Source: a virus. Taken from it: a stretch of DNA of 44,115 nucleotides. The stretch lies in the UHGV virus genome UHGV-0177176, one strand, 5' to 3'. The position numbers and the translations under genes were made by a program. How positions within the stretch are numbered: the first letter of the stretch is position 1; each line of letters begins with the position of its first letter. The notes beneath the pieces were generated by a model, which saw nothing but the letters and a program-made list of their open reading frames with translations, had not been told where the DNA came from and made no database searches. This document shows positions 1 to 10,027 of the stretch, in pieces.

Positions 1-3000
1 TAGCAGTGCGCACTGCTATCCGCGCAGCGGATGTAGGTACGGCTGTTTATGCACAGGACCAACTGGGTCAGTCTGCGGCAGTTACTGCTCTTGTAGCAGG
101 TGTAGCTGGTCTAGACCAACTATGGGATATCCGTAGGGCAGTGCGCGCGTCTACGGTAGCTGCCTCAACTACGAGAACTGCTGAGACCGCACCTAATACT
201 GCTACGGCAACTTCCCGCACTGCTCCGGAAGAAGTAGCAACAAGTCGCAATGGGGTAGATTCCCCTGCTGGCCCGTCTAATGCGCAAGCTGATAGTGCCG
301 CGGCTGCTAAAACCACTGACGGTTTACCAGAAGGTTTAAGCTTGAACGTGCTGGATGATGTAGAGCACCACGCTTACTCTGGTGTACGTGTACCTGGTAT
401 AGAGGTAGAAGTAAATCGCGGAGATAAATTGGTTGGTGTTGTGCAGGCTTATCGTGTAGGTGACGATTTACAAGTAGCACATACCTGGGTTGACAAATCC
501 CTGCGCGGCAAGGGGGTAGGCGCGAGCATGTACAAAGCACTGGTTAAGCGCGCTACCGATGCAGGGTATGGCAACTTGTTGTCCGATAGCTCCGTAACTG
601 CGTCTGCTCAGCAGATGTGGCGCAAACTTGGTGCTACCAAAACCAAAGATTTTAAAGAATTAACGGATGGTATTGAGGGGCAGCGTTATGCGGTCTCTGC
701 GGATGAAAAGTCCCCACTCTTTACTTTGGACTTGAAACGTCCTGTGTTTGACCTAGATGCGCCCACAACTCGTACAGCAAGGGATACTAACGTTACCGGA
801 GTAGGAGAGGGAGACACTATCCTCACTAAGGTACTGGATGAACCTATCAAAGTTCGCCGAAACAACACTGCTGCTGTTAACATGAAAGCACAGGACGTAG
901 TCCGTTTCCTTAAGACCTCTGAGCACTTATCTAAAGGTCAGAAGGCTATCCTAGACACACTGAGCGACGCGGTACAGGACGTTGATTTTAAGTTGGTGGC
1001 AGGCTCTTCTAACCGTAGCCACTACAGCTTTCCACTGGTATCAAGAACTGATAGAGGTTTTGTATCTTTACGTGCCCCTAAGAAAGCTAATGGAAGTACT
1101 TGGACAACTGTAGGTGATGCCCTACGCGCCATGGACGCCGATACTAGTCGAGTAGCAGTACACGAGCTGATTCACGCTGCCACCACTAGGGCCCTTAAGC
1201 GGAACCCTGAAATTGCTAGTAAGCTGGAAGAGGTGCGCGCTGCAATAGCAGCCGATTCAACCCTCAGTGACAAGCTTAAGTACTACGCAAGCGATGTGCA
1301 CGAGATGTTAGCTGGACTAGGTGATAGTCCTGAGTGGGTGGAGTATCTCTCTAGAACTCAATCTCCCACTGGTAAGAGTATGCTCCGTCAGATTGGCGAG
1401 TACATCATGAATGCCCTTGGAGTTCGTACTAAAGGCTCTGCTTTGGAAGATGTACTCGATGCGTATGAGGATGCTGTTAAGTGGACTGCAAAAGACTACG
1501 TAGAACAAGTTCAGAGCTTCCGCAGCGAATCCTTCCAGGACCTAGCGGATACATCAGTTAAGAATGAGGCCCTGAAAGCCCAGGCTATGATAGACACAGC
1601 TAAGCGTAAATTCGCTACTATGTTCTCACTCTATGACAATATTGCAGAAGGTAGCGAGGACCTGGCACGCCTGCTGGTATCTGATGCTACTGCTGTAGGT
1701 GGGCGTAAACCGTCTGTGGTGGACTTCAAGCGTAACCTTACGTTGGAGATGGACGCCAGTGCTAGTGTAGTTGAAGATGCTATACTCGGTGCCCTTAAGG
1801 ATAAGGGTGTAGGTTTTCTGGACCGCTTCTTCCATCGTAGCAACTTCAGAGCAGCACGAGCTGACTTAGAAGACCGCTTAGGCCGTTACCTGGACTCCGC
1901 GTACAGTGCTGAGGTTAATGGACGCCCTGTGCCTCTGCCGGACTCTGACTTGGTTCCGCTAGTAGAGGCGTATCGCAACTCCGGTTGGGCCAGTAAGTGG
2001 CATGACCACATGACTGCTGCTGGTTTAGTGGATGACGGTACTCTGGTTAAATCAGATTACTACTTCCCACGCCAGTATAGCTACGATAAGATGCGCCAAG
2101 GTATTGCAAACGGTCGCTCCCTGGATAACTACAGGGATTTATTCCGCCAGGCATTACGTGACGTGTACCCGTCTATGGAACCTGAGGTTGTTCAGCGTGT
2201 CGCTAAGGAAATGGTTGACGGCATCTACAACGGACGCACCTCGGCTTCCGGCCCTATGTGGAAGCAGCTCATCAACGGTATGGGTAATGACGAAGTAGTC
2301 ATGGCTATGCGTAATGCTGGCGTAGACGAGAGCGCAATCCAGAGCTTCCTGGCGGGTAACGTCCGGGAATCCGGTGCTACTTCTCCTGCTCGGAACCTGC
2401 GTCAACGTACTCGCTTCAACATGGACAAAGAGTACATTGTGGATGGTCAGGCTATGCGTATGCAGGACCTGATGGATACTGACGTAGCCAAGGTGATGCA
2501 CGGTTATACCAACCGTATGTCTGGTCGTGTAGGTATGGCTTATGCTGGGGTATCTGACCTCAAGACGCTGGAGACGATGATTAACGAGTCCAAACACTCT
2601 CTGGCCGATTCCGGCAAGTGGGAGAAGACCGTTAACGACGCCATCGACTTTATCCTGGGCGGGGCACCGGCTGATGCCGGGCAGATGCCGGACCTACTGC
2701 GTGCCGCGGGGAATATGGCTAACGCCACCATGCTCAAGAACTCCGGACTATACCAGCTCACTGACACGGCCCTGGCTCTGAAAGAGTTTGGTATGTCCCG
2801 AGTACTGCGCGGTATGCGTGAGCAGCCTTGGTTTAAAGAGGGTGCCGTAGCTATCCGCACCCCGGATATGGCTAGCCGCCTGGACACAATCCTGCGTGGC
2901 AATATCCAGAAGGAGATGCGCTTTCGCTGGTTGAACACCTATGCAGACGACAACTTGGACCTGACCCGTCAGGCTTCCTGGTTTAACGTCACCCAGAACG

Positions 3001-3743
3001 TTGGGCAGGCCGCTCGGCATGTTAACGGTATGAGCATGGTGCACAGATTGCAGGTGAACCTGAACTCCGGGATTGTTGCCGACGAACTCACTCAGATGTT
3101 CAAAGGTGATGCAGAGGCATTTAAACGTCTGGAGCGCTTCGGGCTTACCCGTGACATTGCAGACCGTGCTATTGCTGCCAACAAGGCTAACCCCGGTGCG
3201 ATGTTCCAGCCGGACCTGCAAATGCAAGTCGAGGTGGTAGGGACACGCATGATGGACTACCTGGTGCAACAAGTACGCACCGGTGAGACCTCGCACTTCG
3301 CACAGTTCAACCCTATCGGCAAAGTAATTGTCGGCTACCAGAGCTTCGCCCTGGCCGCCACCAACAAGATTCTGCGCCGAGAGCTGAACGATGCTGGGTG
3401 GATTGGGGTTGCTCACATCATGGCGTACCAGTTCCCGCTGATGCTGCTCGCTACTATGGCTAAGCACGGTATGGATGGCAAAGAGGCCGATACTCAGAAA
3501 CTAATCTCTGAGTCGGTTATGGGTATGAGCGCCATTGGTGGTATCTCGCTTCTGCAGGATATCTTCACTGGGGACTCTCCGCGTCACTCTCTGGCGTCTA
3601 TGGGTTACGTCACCGGGCTGCTGGGTGCTGTGCAAGCCCTGGCTACTGGGAATATGGATATCCAGACCTTTACTAAGCAGGTCCCGTTAATCCAGGAATT
3701 CGCACCTACGCGAGCTATCATCAATAACTTCGGAGACGATTAA
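1..3743 (+). CDS. Internal virion / ejection protein (gp16-like), C-terminal 1246 codons. The start codon and first 173 codons are at 43596-44115, giving ~1420 aa in total
   Basis: Long ORF with no stop upstream in the window. It lies in the same frame (positions congruent to 0 mod 3) as the ORF that runs off the 3' end, and the window length 44115 is divisible by 3. It sits directly before the tail fibre and after the gp15-like gene, as in T7/phiKMV. Stop TAA at 3741-3743. Confidence 0.85.
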   Translation, partial: AVRTAIRAADVGTAVYAQDQLGQSAAVTALVAGVAGLDQLWDIRRAVRASTVAASTTRTAETAPNTATATSRTAPEEVATSRNGVDSPAGPSNAQADSAAAAKTTDGLPEGLSLNVLDDVEHHAYSGVRVPGIEVEVNRGDKLVGVVQAYRVGDDLQVAHTWVDKSLRGKGVGASMYKALVKRATDAGYGNLLSDSSVTASAQQMWRKLGATKTKDFKELTDGIEGQRYAVSADEKSPLFTLDLKRPVFDLDAPTTRTARDTNVTGVGEGDTILTKVLDEPIKVRRNNTAAVNMKAQDVVRFLKTSEHLSKGQKAILDTLSDAVQDVDFKLVAGSSNRSHYSFPLVSRTDRGFVSLRAPKKANGSTWTTVGDALRAMDADTSRVAVHELIHAATTRALKRNPEIASKLEEVRAAIAADSTLSDKLKYYASDVHEMLAGLGDSPEWVEYLSRTQSPTGKSMLRQIGEYIMNALGVRTKGSALEDVLDAYEDAVKWTAKDYVEQVQSFRSESFQDLADTSVKNEALKAQAMIDTAKRKFATMFSLYDNIAEGSEDLARLLVSDATAVGGRKPSVVDFKRNLTLEMDASASVVEDAILGALKDKGVGFLDRFFHRSNFRAARADLEDRLGRYLDSAYSAEVNGRPVPLPDSDLVPLVEAYRNSGWASKWHDHMTAAGLVDDGTLVKSDYYFPRQYSYDKMRQGIANGRSLDNYRDLFRQALRDVYPSMEPEVVQRVAKEMVDGIYNGRTSASGPMWKQLINGMGNDEVVMAMRNAGVDESAIQSFLAGNVRESGATSPARNLRQRTRFNMDKEYIVDGQAMRMQDLMDTDVAKVMHGYTNRMSGRVGMAYAGVSDLKTLETMINESKHSLADSGKWEKTVNDAIDFILGGAPADAGQMPDLLRAAGNMANATMLKNSGLYQLTDTALALKEFGMSRVLRGMREQPWFKEGAVAIRTPDMASRLDTILRGNIQKEMRFRWLNTYADDNLDLTRQASWFNVTQNVGQAARHVNGMSMVHRLQVNLNSGIVADELTQMFKGDAEAFKRLERFGLTRDIADRAIAANKANPGAMFQPDLQMQVEVVGTRMMDYLVQQVRTGETSHFAQFNPIGKVIVGYQSFALAATNKILRRELNDAGWIGVAHIMAYQFPLMLLATMAKHGMDGKEADTQKLISESVMGMSAIGGISLLQDIFTGDSPRHSLASMGYVTGLLGAVQALATGNMDIQTFTKQVPLIQEFAPTRAIINNFGDD
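792..807 (+). promoter_or_regulatory. Copy A of the 16-nt core GTTACCGGAGTAGGAG, inside the gp16-like coding sequence; candidate internal phage promoter
   Basis: Exact 16-mer shared with 12641-12656. Chance expectation for a 16-mer recurrence in 44 kb is about 1e-5. Confidence 0.3.
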
Positions 3744-3744
3744 T

Positions 3745-6060
3745 ATGGCATACAGCTGGCAAGAGTCGGTAAAGCCTGCAGGTACACAGGATATCCAGTG
3801 CGATATTGAGTATCTGGATAAGTCCTACATTCACGTTTACTTAGATGGTGCTGAGACTACTGCCTTCACTTGGACCAGCTCCACCAATATTCGTCTGAAC
3901 TCCCCACTGTCTGCAGAGACAGTGGTGCTCCTCATTCGTAAGACTGAACGAGAGTACCTCTACATTGAGTTTGCTAGTGGTGCTCCGTTCATTGAGGGTA
4001 ACGTAGATACTCAGAACACGCAATTCCTACACCTAGCCCAAGAGCTGGTTGAGGGACGTTCTATCGAGGGATTCTACGGGGACATTAACATGCACCGTTA
4101 CCGCATCACAAACCTGGGAGACCCGGTGGATGCAAGGGACGCTGCGAACAAGCAGTATGTTGATGCCGGGGATGCCCGGCTCGATGCGCGCATAGATGCA
4201 GAGGCAGCTGCTCGCAAAGCTGCTGATGACGCTTTGGATATACGCACTACCAATCTAGAGCAGACATTCTTCAACGCTAACACCAATAGCTTTCCGTGGT
4301 GGATGGTGGTGCCCTATGACACTAAAACCATAACTCCTGGAATACCTTTTACTAAGGCTAAGATTAGGCTGAATGGCGTAACTCAGACTGCAGGTTATTC
4401 TTATAGTATCAACAATGGCACAGTAACGTTCGCAGAGACTGTGCCAGCAGGTACCTTGGTAGATATGACTATTGGTGTAGATACTGATGTTGATACAGGG
4501 GCAGTTGCGAGTATCCTAGGACTGCTTAGTTCAGACAAAGGATTTAACTACATAGGCGGGGTGCCCTTTATTTACCCGGAAGCCTACGCAGATGGTACCG
4601 GGGATTGGCGCATGGCTCTACAGGCCGCCCTGGATGCTGCACATAGTAACGCTCTTAGTGGCTCAGGCCCAACTACGGTGCTCGCCACGGGGCATTACCG
4701 CATATCCTTAAACCCCAACAGTTTGGCGGTTGCTGGTGAGTTGGCCGCAGGTCGGTCCGCACTAAATATACGCTCAGGGGTAACTCTTACCGGGGGAGGG
4801 ACTATCACCCTGAATGGGGGTGTTGGTGGGTCTTCTTCCGGGGCTATATTGACCAACTGGGACGGTAGTGCGGACTCTGTCACAATCTCGAATATAACAT
4901 TCGATGGAAACGTTTCACAGAACGCCGGGACAGGCATTACGTGCGTTAACATTCTAGATTCTGCTAACGTGGTGTGCGAGGGTGTGCGCGTACTCGGCAG
5001 TCCTTCCGGAGGTTTATACTTTAGGCGGGCAGGTTCTGGTACCTATGGCTGCTCCAATCTGACGGTGCGCGGATGTGTAGTGACTAATACTGGGTACATA
5101 GGGATACAATGCGAGCGTCCGGATGGTGCCATTATATCCGACTGTATTCTCCAGAACATTGCCGACAATGCTGTGGACATCTTCGGGAATGACGGCTCAT
5201 CCACAGCCCAGGGCTATGCAAATGGCATAATAGTCAGCGGGGTAGTGGCTCGCAACGTATCCGTGGGGGTATTCTTAGAGTCCTGTGGTAACGCGGATGT
5301 AGTTGGCTGCAGATTCGAGGAGTTTTCAAACTCCGGGGTATTCTTAAACCGGATAAACACGGCCTCGTATCAAGTCAACATTAAGTCTAACACATTCATC
5401 GGGGCCTCCTTAACCTCAAGCCAGGGTGTGCGGATGAAGAATGCTGTCGGTTATTGCAATATTGAGTCAAACATGTTCAGTAACTGTATAGACTCAATTG
5501 CGACTACCGGGGGTATGATTTATACGCATATAGGCAGGAACACGCATGAGAATATAGGGAGATGCTTCCTATATGTACCAAAAACCTCAAACGGTTGTGT
5601 GTACTCTTATATGGAGCGGCAGTATTATCGGGGAGTGCAAACAAACGGCATCCCGTATAACACCACTCCGAGAGGGTACCCATCCAGCGGAAACACTAGA
5701 TTCTACAGATTTGGTGCGGAAGCCCCGTACTCTATGTACGCAGCCGCAGTGGGGGAAGATAATTTCGTAAGGGGTGGAGGGACTCTCCCATCTAACAGCG
5801 GCTGGGGGCCGGCCTACTCCCTGTACAACAACCCGGTTGCAAACGAGACTGTTATAGCATTAGGGTCCTCCAGTCTGGCTGCTGGGGAGTTTATCCTAGT
5901 GGGCGGGTATTATTATCAAATCTATAGTGTGGCAGCATCCTACTCTGTAGTGCGGAAGTGGGATGATAGCAGCCAGGCATTCGTTGCGGGAGATTACACC
6001 TCGCTACTAAACAGCGCACTAGCTTACACTATATACCGACAAGCTTGGGGGACTATATAA
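3745..6060 (+). CDS. Tail fibre / tailspike 1. The N-terminus is a T7 gp17-like particle-binding domain, followed by a right-handed parallel beta-helix (probable polysaccharide depolymerase)
   Basis: N-terminal ~150 aa resemble the T7 gp17 N-terminus (…YRITNLGDPVDARDAANKQYVD…). The downstream region carries PbH1-like repeats (NITFDGN…GITCVN…VRGCVVTNTGYIGIQC…ILQNIADNAVDIFGNDG). The ATG is 1 nt after the gp16 stop. Confidence 0.85.
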   Translation: MAYSWQESVKPAGTQDIQCDIEYLDKSYIHVYLDGAETTAFTWTSSTNIRLNSPLSAETVVLLIRKTEREYLYIEFASGAPFIEGNVDTQNTQFLHLAQELVEGRSIEGFYGDINMHRYRITNLGDPVDARDAANKQYVDAGDARLDARIDAEAAARKAADDALDIRTTNLEQTFFNANTNSFPWWMVVPYDTKTITPGIPFTKAKIRLNGVTQTAGYSYSINNGTVTFAETVPAGTLVDMTIGVDTDVDTGAVASILGLLSSDKGFNYIGGVPFIYPEAYADGTGDWRMALQAALDAAHSNALSGSGPTTVLATGHYRISLNPNSLAVAGELAAGRSALNIRSGVTLTGGGTITLNGGVGGSSSGAILTNWDGSADSVTISNITFDGNVSQNAGTGITCVNILDSANVVCEGVRVLGSPSGGLYFRRAGSGTYGCSNLTVRGCVVTNTGYIGIQCERPDGAIISDCILQNIADNAVDIFGNDGSSTAQGYANGIIVSGVVARNVSVGVFLESCGNADVVGCRFEEFSNSGVFLNRINTASYQVNIKSNTFIGASLTSSQGVRMKNAVGYCNIESNMFSNCIDSIATTGGMIYTHIGRNTHENIGRCFLYVPKTSNGCVYSYMERQYYRGVQTNGIPYNTTPRGYPSSGNTRFYRFGAEAPYSMYAAAVGEDNFVRGGGTLPSNSGWGPAYSLYNNPVANETVIALGSSSLAAGEFILVGGYYYQIYSVAASYSVVRKWDDSSQAFVAGDYTSLLNSALAYTIYRQAWGTI

Positions 6061-6362
6061 TGGCGGGGGCGGCTAAACGCAGTCGCCTCTCGGAGCTGCA
6101 CCGAATGTTCACTGAGGCCTTGATTGAAGAAATCAAGCAGTCCAAGGAAGATGAGGTGCCGCTCCCCGCCGCGGATAAATCCGTTATCGCTAAGTTCTTG
6201 AAGGACAATGACATCACTGCGGACGCAGATTCCGAGGAGATGCAGGACCTTCGTGACGAGTTCGATGACGAACTAGCGGCGCGCAGAGAGGCGCGTAAGC
6301 AAGAGATTCTAAACAAAGTTGGTGGTTCCGACTCTGAGGACTTACTAGAAGGAATTGTCTAA
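6060..6362 (+). CDS. Terminase small subunit (gp18-like, DNA maturase A), putative
   Basis: 100-aa ORF with an acidic C-terminus, lying between the tail fibre and the large terminase as in T7 (18 then 19). Start TAATG-coupled at 6060. The track ORF begins at 6045, but the internal ATG at the upstream stop is preferred. Confidence 0.6.
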   Translation: MAGAAKRSRLSELHRMFTEALIEEIKQSKEDEVPLPAADKSVIAKFLKDNDITADADSEEMQDLRDEFDDELAARREARKQEILNKVGGSDSEDLLEGIV

Positions 6363-8218
6363 TGGTATCGGTGAAGACTGCGCGAAGACTGCGCATGCTC
6401 AACCAGAAACTTACTGGTTATAGTGCGAATCCGCGCAGTATTCCCAAAGAGGAGCGCGAGGACATCGCGATGATGATGGCCGCTGCGCTAAGCGACTTCC
6501 GGGAATTTGCGTACATCGGTATGCGATTCCTGGGGTTTACACTGACGGACATGCAGGCCGACATTGCAGAGTACATGCAGAAGGGCCCTAGGAAGCGCAT
6601 GGTGGCTGCGCAGCGTGGTGAGGCTAAGTCTACACTAGCTGCGCTCTACGCTGTATGGAGGCTCATCCAGGACCAGTCCTGCCGTATCCTGATTGTATCA
6701 GGGGCGGAGAAGCAGGCGTCCGACGTAGCGAACTTAATCATTCGTATGCTGGAAACCTGGCCGCTGCTGTGCTACTTAAAGGCCGACCCTACCCGCGGGG
6801 ACCGTACTTCATTCGAAGGCTACGACGTCAACTGCGACCTGAAACCGCTGGATAAGTCTGCCAGCGTAGCGTGTGTCGGTATTACCGCGTCCCTGCAGGG
6901 GAAGCGTGCTGACCTCTTGATTCCAGATGATATTGAGACCACCAAGAACGGTTTGACACAAACCCAGCGTGAGCAGCTGCTGATGATTTCGAAAGACTTC
7001 GCGGCTATCTGTACGCACGGGGACACGCTGTACCTGGGTACACCGCAGACCAAGGACAGTATTTACAAGACCCTGCCGGGGCGTGGCTTCGAGGTCCGCG
7101 TGTGGCCCGGACGCATCCCGTCTGTTGAAATGGAAGAACGATATGGAAGTACACTTGCTCCTTATATACTGCAGCTCATTGAGCGGGGTTATAAACGCAC
7201 CGGCTTCGGCGTCGACGGGACGCTAGGGGAGAGCACCGACATTGGTCGCTACGACGAGGATGCGCTGATTGAGAAGGAACTGGACTTTGGTCCAGAGGGC
7301 TTCCAGCTGCAGTACATGCTCGACACGACCCTGTCTGACCAGATGCGTACCCGTATCAAGCTGTCGGATATGCTTGTATACTCCGGTAGTCTGGACTCTT
7401 CTCCTGAGACCTTCTCCTACATTGCGGACCGCCGGTACCTGTACCAGCATGAGCATGAAGGGATTATGGGTCAGCAGATGTACTCTCCGGCATTCTACGG
7501 GGATATGCACTTGCCGTATCAGCACAAGGTGCTGGTGGTGGACCCGGCTGGTTGTGGCGGGGATGAAGTCTCCTATGCTGCAGGCGGAGCTGCGAACTCA
7601 TACATTCACCTGTTCTCCGTTGGGGGTTTCCAAGGAGGTGTAAGCACTGAGAATATCGACAAGCTCATTGACCTGTGCGTAGAGTTGGACATCTCGGACA
7701 TGGTGGTGGAGAGCAACATGGGGCACGGCACTGTGTCCATGCTTATCCTGAACCGTTTACGAGAGCGTCGTCTTGCTGGTATCGGTGTGCGTGACATCAA
7801 CAACACCACACAGAAAGAGCGCCGTATTATCGACACAATCAGCCCAGTAACTCGACGTCACCGCCTGGTAGTGCATGAGCGTGCTATCCACGACGATATC
7901 GGAACCTGTATGTTATATTCCCGGGACCGTCGCTGGCTGTACTCTGCGTTCGCGCAGCTCGCGGGTATTACGTATGACCGCGGTAGTCTCGCTAAGGATG
8001 ACCGAGCGGACGCCGTCGCTATGATGGTGGCAGTGCTGAACGGGCACTTGGTAGAAGACGAGAAAGTAGTAGCTGAGCGTGAGTCCGAGAAGATGGCCCT
8101 GGCCTTCATTGAGAATCCGCTGGATTGGGCACAGAACAAAGTGTCTAAGGGACTTCGCGGTGTAGCGGCTCGGTTGCAGAACCGAGGCAGAGGTAAACAA
8201 CATAGAGGAAGAAGATAA
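6362..8218 (+). CDS. Terminase large subunit (gp19-like, DNA maturase B)
   Basis: 618-aa ORF with size and position typical of T7-group TerL. TAATG overlap with the upstream gene. Confidence 0.85.
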   Translation: MVSVKTARRLRMLNQKLTGYSANPRSIPKEEREDIAMMMAAALSDFREFAYIGMRFLGFTLTDMQADIAEYMQKGPRKRMVAAQRGEAKSTLAALYAVWRLIQDQSCRILIVSGAEKQASDVANLIIRMLETWPLLCYLKADPTRGDRTSFEGYDVNCDLKPLDKSASVACVGITASLQGKRADLLIPDDIETTKNGLTQTQREQLLMISKDFAAICTHGDTLYLGTPQTKDSIYKTLPGRGFEVRVWPGRIPSVEMEERYGSTLAPYILQLIERGYKRTGFGVDGTLGESTDIGRYDEDALIEKELDFGPEGFQLQYMLDTTLSDQMRTRIKLSDMLVYSGSLDSSPETFSYIADRRYLYQHEHEGIMGQQMYSPAFYGDMHLPYQHKVLVVDPAGCGGDEVSYAAGGAANSYIHLFSVGGFQGGVSTENIDKLIDLCVELDISDMVVESNMGHGTVSMLILNRLRERRLAGIGVRDINNTTQKERRIIDTISPVTRRHRLVVHERAIHDDIGTCMLYSRDRRWLYSAFAQLAGITYDRGSLAKDDRADAVAMMVAVLNGHLVEDEKVVAERESEKMALAFIENPLDWAQNKVSKGLRGVAARLQNRGRGKQHRGRR

Positions 8219-8592
8219 TGGCATCAATCATTGCGGCTAAAGCTGCGGACGTCCAGTACGCTATTGTAGGTAAGAGCCAGAACCTCGAGAAAGAGGTAGC
8301 CCCGGACTACAATGTAGGCTTCGTAGGTACGACTGCCTTAACTAAGCTGAACGCGTTCTTCACGTACATGCAGTCCCAGGGTTACACGGCTACCCGTGCT
8401 GGTACAGCCTTCAAGGATGATGGGACGCTGCAGGCGCGCCTGTTCAGCATGCTGTCACAGCTCTCTAAGACTGGTTACGTCGCCCTTACGGGTACAGGCA
8501 TGCCGCTCGGCGAGGGTTCTGGTACAGCGTTTGATACTTCGTTCACCGCACTGCAGAGTGCATTCATCGCCGCTACTGACGCGGAAGAATAA
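8218..8592 (+). CDS. Hypothetical protein (124 aa)
   Basis: ORF coupled to the terminase stop (TAATG). No recognisable motif. Confidence 0.6.
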   Translation: MASIIAAKAADVQYAIVGKSQNLEKEVAPDYNVGFVGTTALTKLNAFFTYMQSQGYTATRAGTAFKDDGTLQARLFSMLSQLSKTGYVALTGTGMPLGEGSGTAFDTSFTALQSAFIAATDAEE

Positions 8593-8603
8593 GGAAAGTA
8601 CAT

Positions 8604-8786
8604 ATGGCAATTGCTAAAGCGACTCAAGCACAGCGGCAGGAGCTGTTGCGCCAACTAAACATTCTGGGCAAGGACCTCTATACAATCCTTACTCAGCCAC
8701 AGGATGTAGCCCAGACCGGTGCAGCGTTCGACGCTAAGATTGCTGCCCTAGAAGCTGCTATTGCAGCGGTGAAGGCGGCTAGCTAA
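8604..8786 (+). CDS. Hypothetical small protein (60 aa, Ala/Leu-rich, predicted helical)
   Basis: SD AAGGA lies 8 nt upstream. The ORF ends in TAATG overlapping the next start. Confidence 0.5.
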   Translation: MAIAKATQAQRQELLRQLNILGKDLYTILTQPQDVAQTGAAFDAKIAALEAAIAAVKAAS

Positions 8787-9190
8787 TGCATAAACTGGTC
8801 GCTGGGTTACTGCTCGTAGTTACTCTGACTGGTTGCTCAGCGACCTCTGCACTTACCGGCTTAGTTGGTTCTAAGCCGGAGGTATCTGCACAGGTTGGTG
8901 CTGAGAATACTAAGCAGATGCTCGGATTGAATAATAAGGTGGACTCCAGCACCACCAACAAAACTGATGTGCAGGATTCTAACGTAGGTACACTGGATAC
9001 TTCTAGCAAGAAGCAAGTACAGACTATTAGTACTGGTACAATCCAGGCAGAACGCCTACAGGTAGTTAACAACGATAGTTACAGCCTTATCCTCGCCGGA
9101 TTAGCAGGGGCCAGTATTCCTTTGGTCTTCCTAGTGACCGTTCTGGTGATTCGTAAGCTGTTTAGGAAGAAGGGTCAGCAGGATGATTAA
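8786..9190 (+). CDS. Unimolecular spanin (u-spanin) candidate
   Basis: N-terminal lipoprotein signal with lipobox LTGC (MHKLVAGLLLVVTLTGCS). Middle region is Ser/Thr/Asn-rich and likely periplasmic. C-terminal TMD (LILAGLAGASIPLVFLVTVLVI) followed by RKLFRKK. This is the same architecture as T1 gp11. It is adjacent to the holin and endolysin. Confidence 0.7.
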   Translation: MHKLVAGLLLVVTLTGCSATSALTGLVGSKPEVSAQVGAENTKQMLGLNNKVDSSTTNKTDVQDSNVGTLDTSSKKQVQTISTGTIQAERLQVVNNDSYSLILAGLAGASIPLVFLVTVLVIRKLFRKKGQQDD

Positions 9191-9434
9191 AGTGGGAGAT
9201 GTAGTTGGGGCAGACCTCGCTACCCGGGCAGGAGCAGCTGTTACTGGTGCTACAGTCTCAGGAGGCTGGTTGGCGGAGTTAATGAGTTGGAACTGGAGTG
9301 TTATCAGCTTCATTACTGCAACGGTATGCGCGGTGCTAACCCTGGCGTGGAATGCGTACTATAAACGACGCACATACAAGCTCCTAGAAGAGCATGCACG
9401 TAAGGGGGCAATTAAATATGAGTTTAAGGACTAG
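9183..9434 (+). CDS. Holin (probable pinholin, class II-like)
   Basis: 83 aa. TMD1 is weakly hydrophobic and Gly/Ala-rich; TMD2 is strongly hydrophobic (WSVISFITATVCAVLTLAW); the C-terminus is charged. It overlaps the u-spanin 3' end by 8 nt and sits just upstream of a SAR endolysin. Confidence 0.7.
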   Translation: MIKVGDVVGADLATRAGAAVTGATVSGGWLAELMSWNWSVISFITATVCAVLTLAWNAYYKRRTYKLLEEHARKGAIKYEFKD

Positions 9435-10017
9435 GGTTATAGCGGCACTCGCCGGGGCTACTGTGCTCGGCGGAGCTATTACTGAGGTAGTCCAACACAA
9501 TGAGGGTTTGAGCCTTACGGCCTACAAAGATAGTGCTGGTATCCCTACAATCTGCTACGGGGAGACAAAGGGCGTCAAAATGGGCCAGAAAGCCACTCCG
9601 AGCGATTGTCAGAAGCAGTTGATAGAATCAGCAGGGGCACATGCAAAGGCCCTTGACGGGCTTTCTATGCAGCTTTCTGATGTGGCTCTGATAGGGTCTG
9701 TGGATTTTATCTATAACGTGGGTGTATCTGGCTTCAACAATAGTGCCGTGAAGAGACATCTCAAAAGCCTTGATTATGCAGCTGCCGGAAAAGCCGTACT
9801 AAACTGGCGCTACATTAGCCGGTACCAGCAGAAGTCCCCAGGTCCTGGTTGGGTACACAAAGGAGGGAACCGCTGGACCTTCGACTGCTCCCAGTACATT
9901 AACGGGCAACGTAATAAAGTATGCTGGGGACTATGGGAACGTCGGCAGTGGCAGAGTAAAGCCATCAGTAATCAATTTAACAGTGTTCAAACAGCTGTAA
10001 CTGAATTAAAACGATAA
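9418..10017 (+). CDS. SAR (signal-arrest-release) endolysin, GH24 T4-lysozyme-like muramidase. An alternative start at 9394 is possible
   Basis: N-terminal Gly/Ala-rich weak TMD (LRTRVIAALAGATVLGGAITEVV), typical of a SAR domain. Catalytic E…D…T spacing (EGLSLTAYKDSAGIPTICYGET), as in T4 e / P22 gp19. Confidence 0.85.
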   Translation: MSLRTRVIAALAGATVLGGAITEVVQHNEGLSLTAYKDSAGIPTICYGETKGVKMGQKATPSDCQKQLIESAGAHAKALDGLSMQLSDVALIGSVDFIYNVGVSGFNNSAVKRHLKSLDYAAAGKAVLNWRYISRYQQKSPGPGWVHKGGNRWTFDCSQYINGQRNKVCWGLWERRQWQSKAISNQFNSVQTAVTELKR

Positions 10018-10027
10018 GTGAGGGTAC

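Noticed and set aside
3-16. 14-bp perfect palindrome GCAGTGCGCACTGC at the window start
   Set aside because: It lies inside the gp16-like coding sequence and is not repeated elsewhere, although AGTGCGCAC recurs in the terminal region. It is too short to interpret and is likely coincidental.
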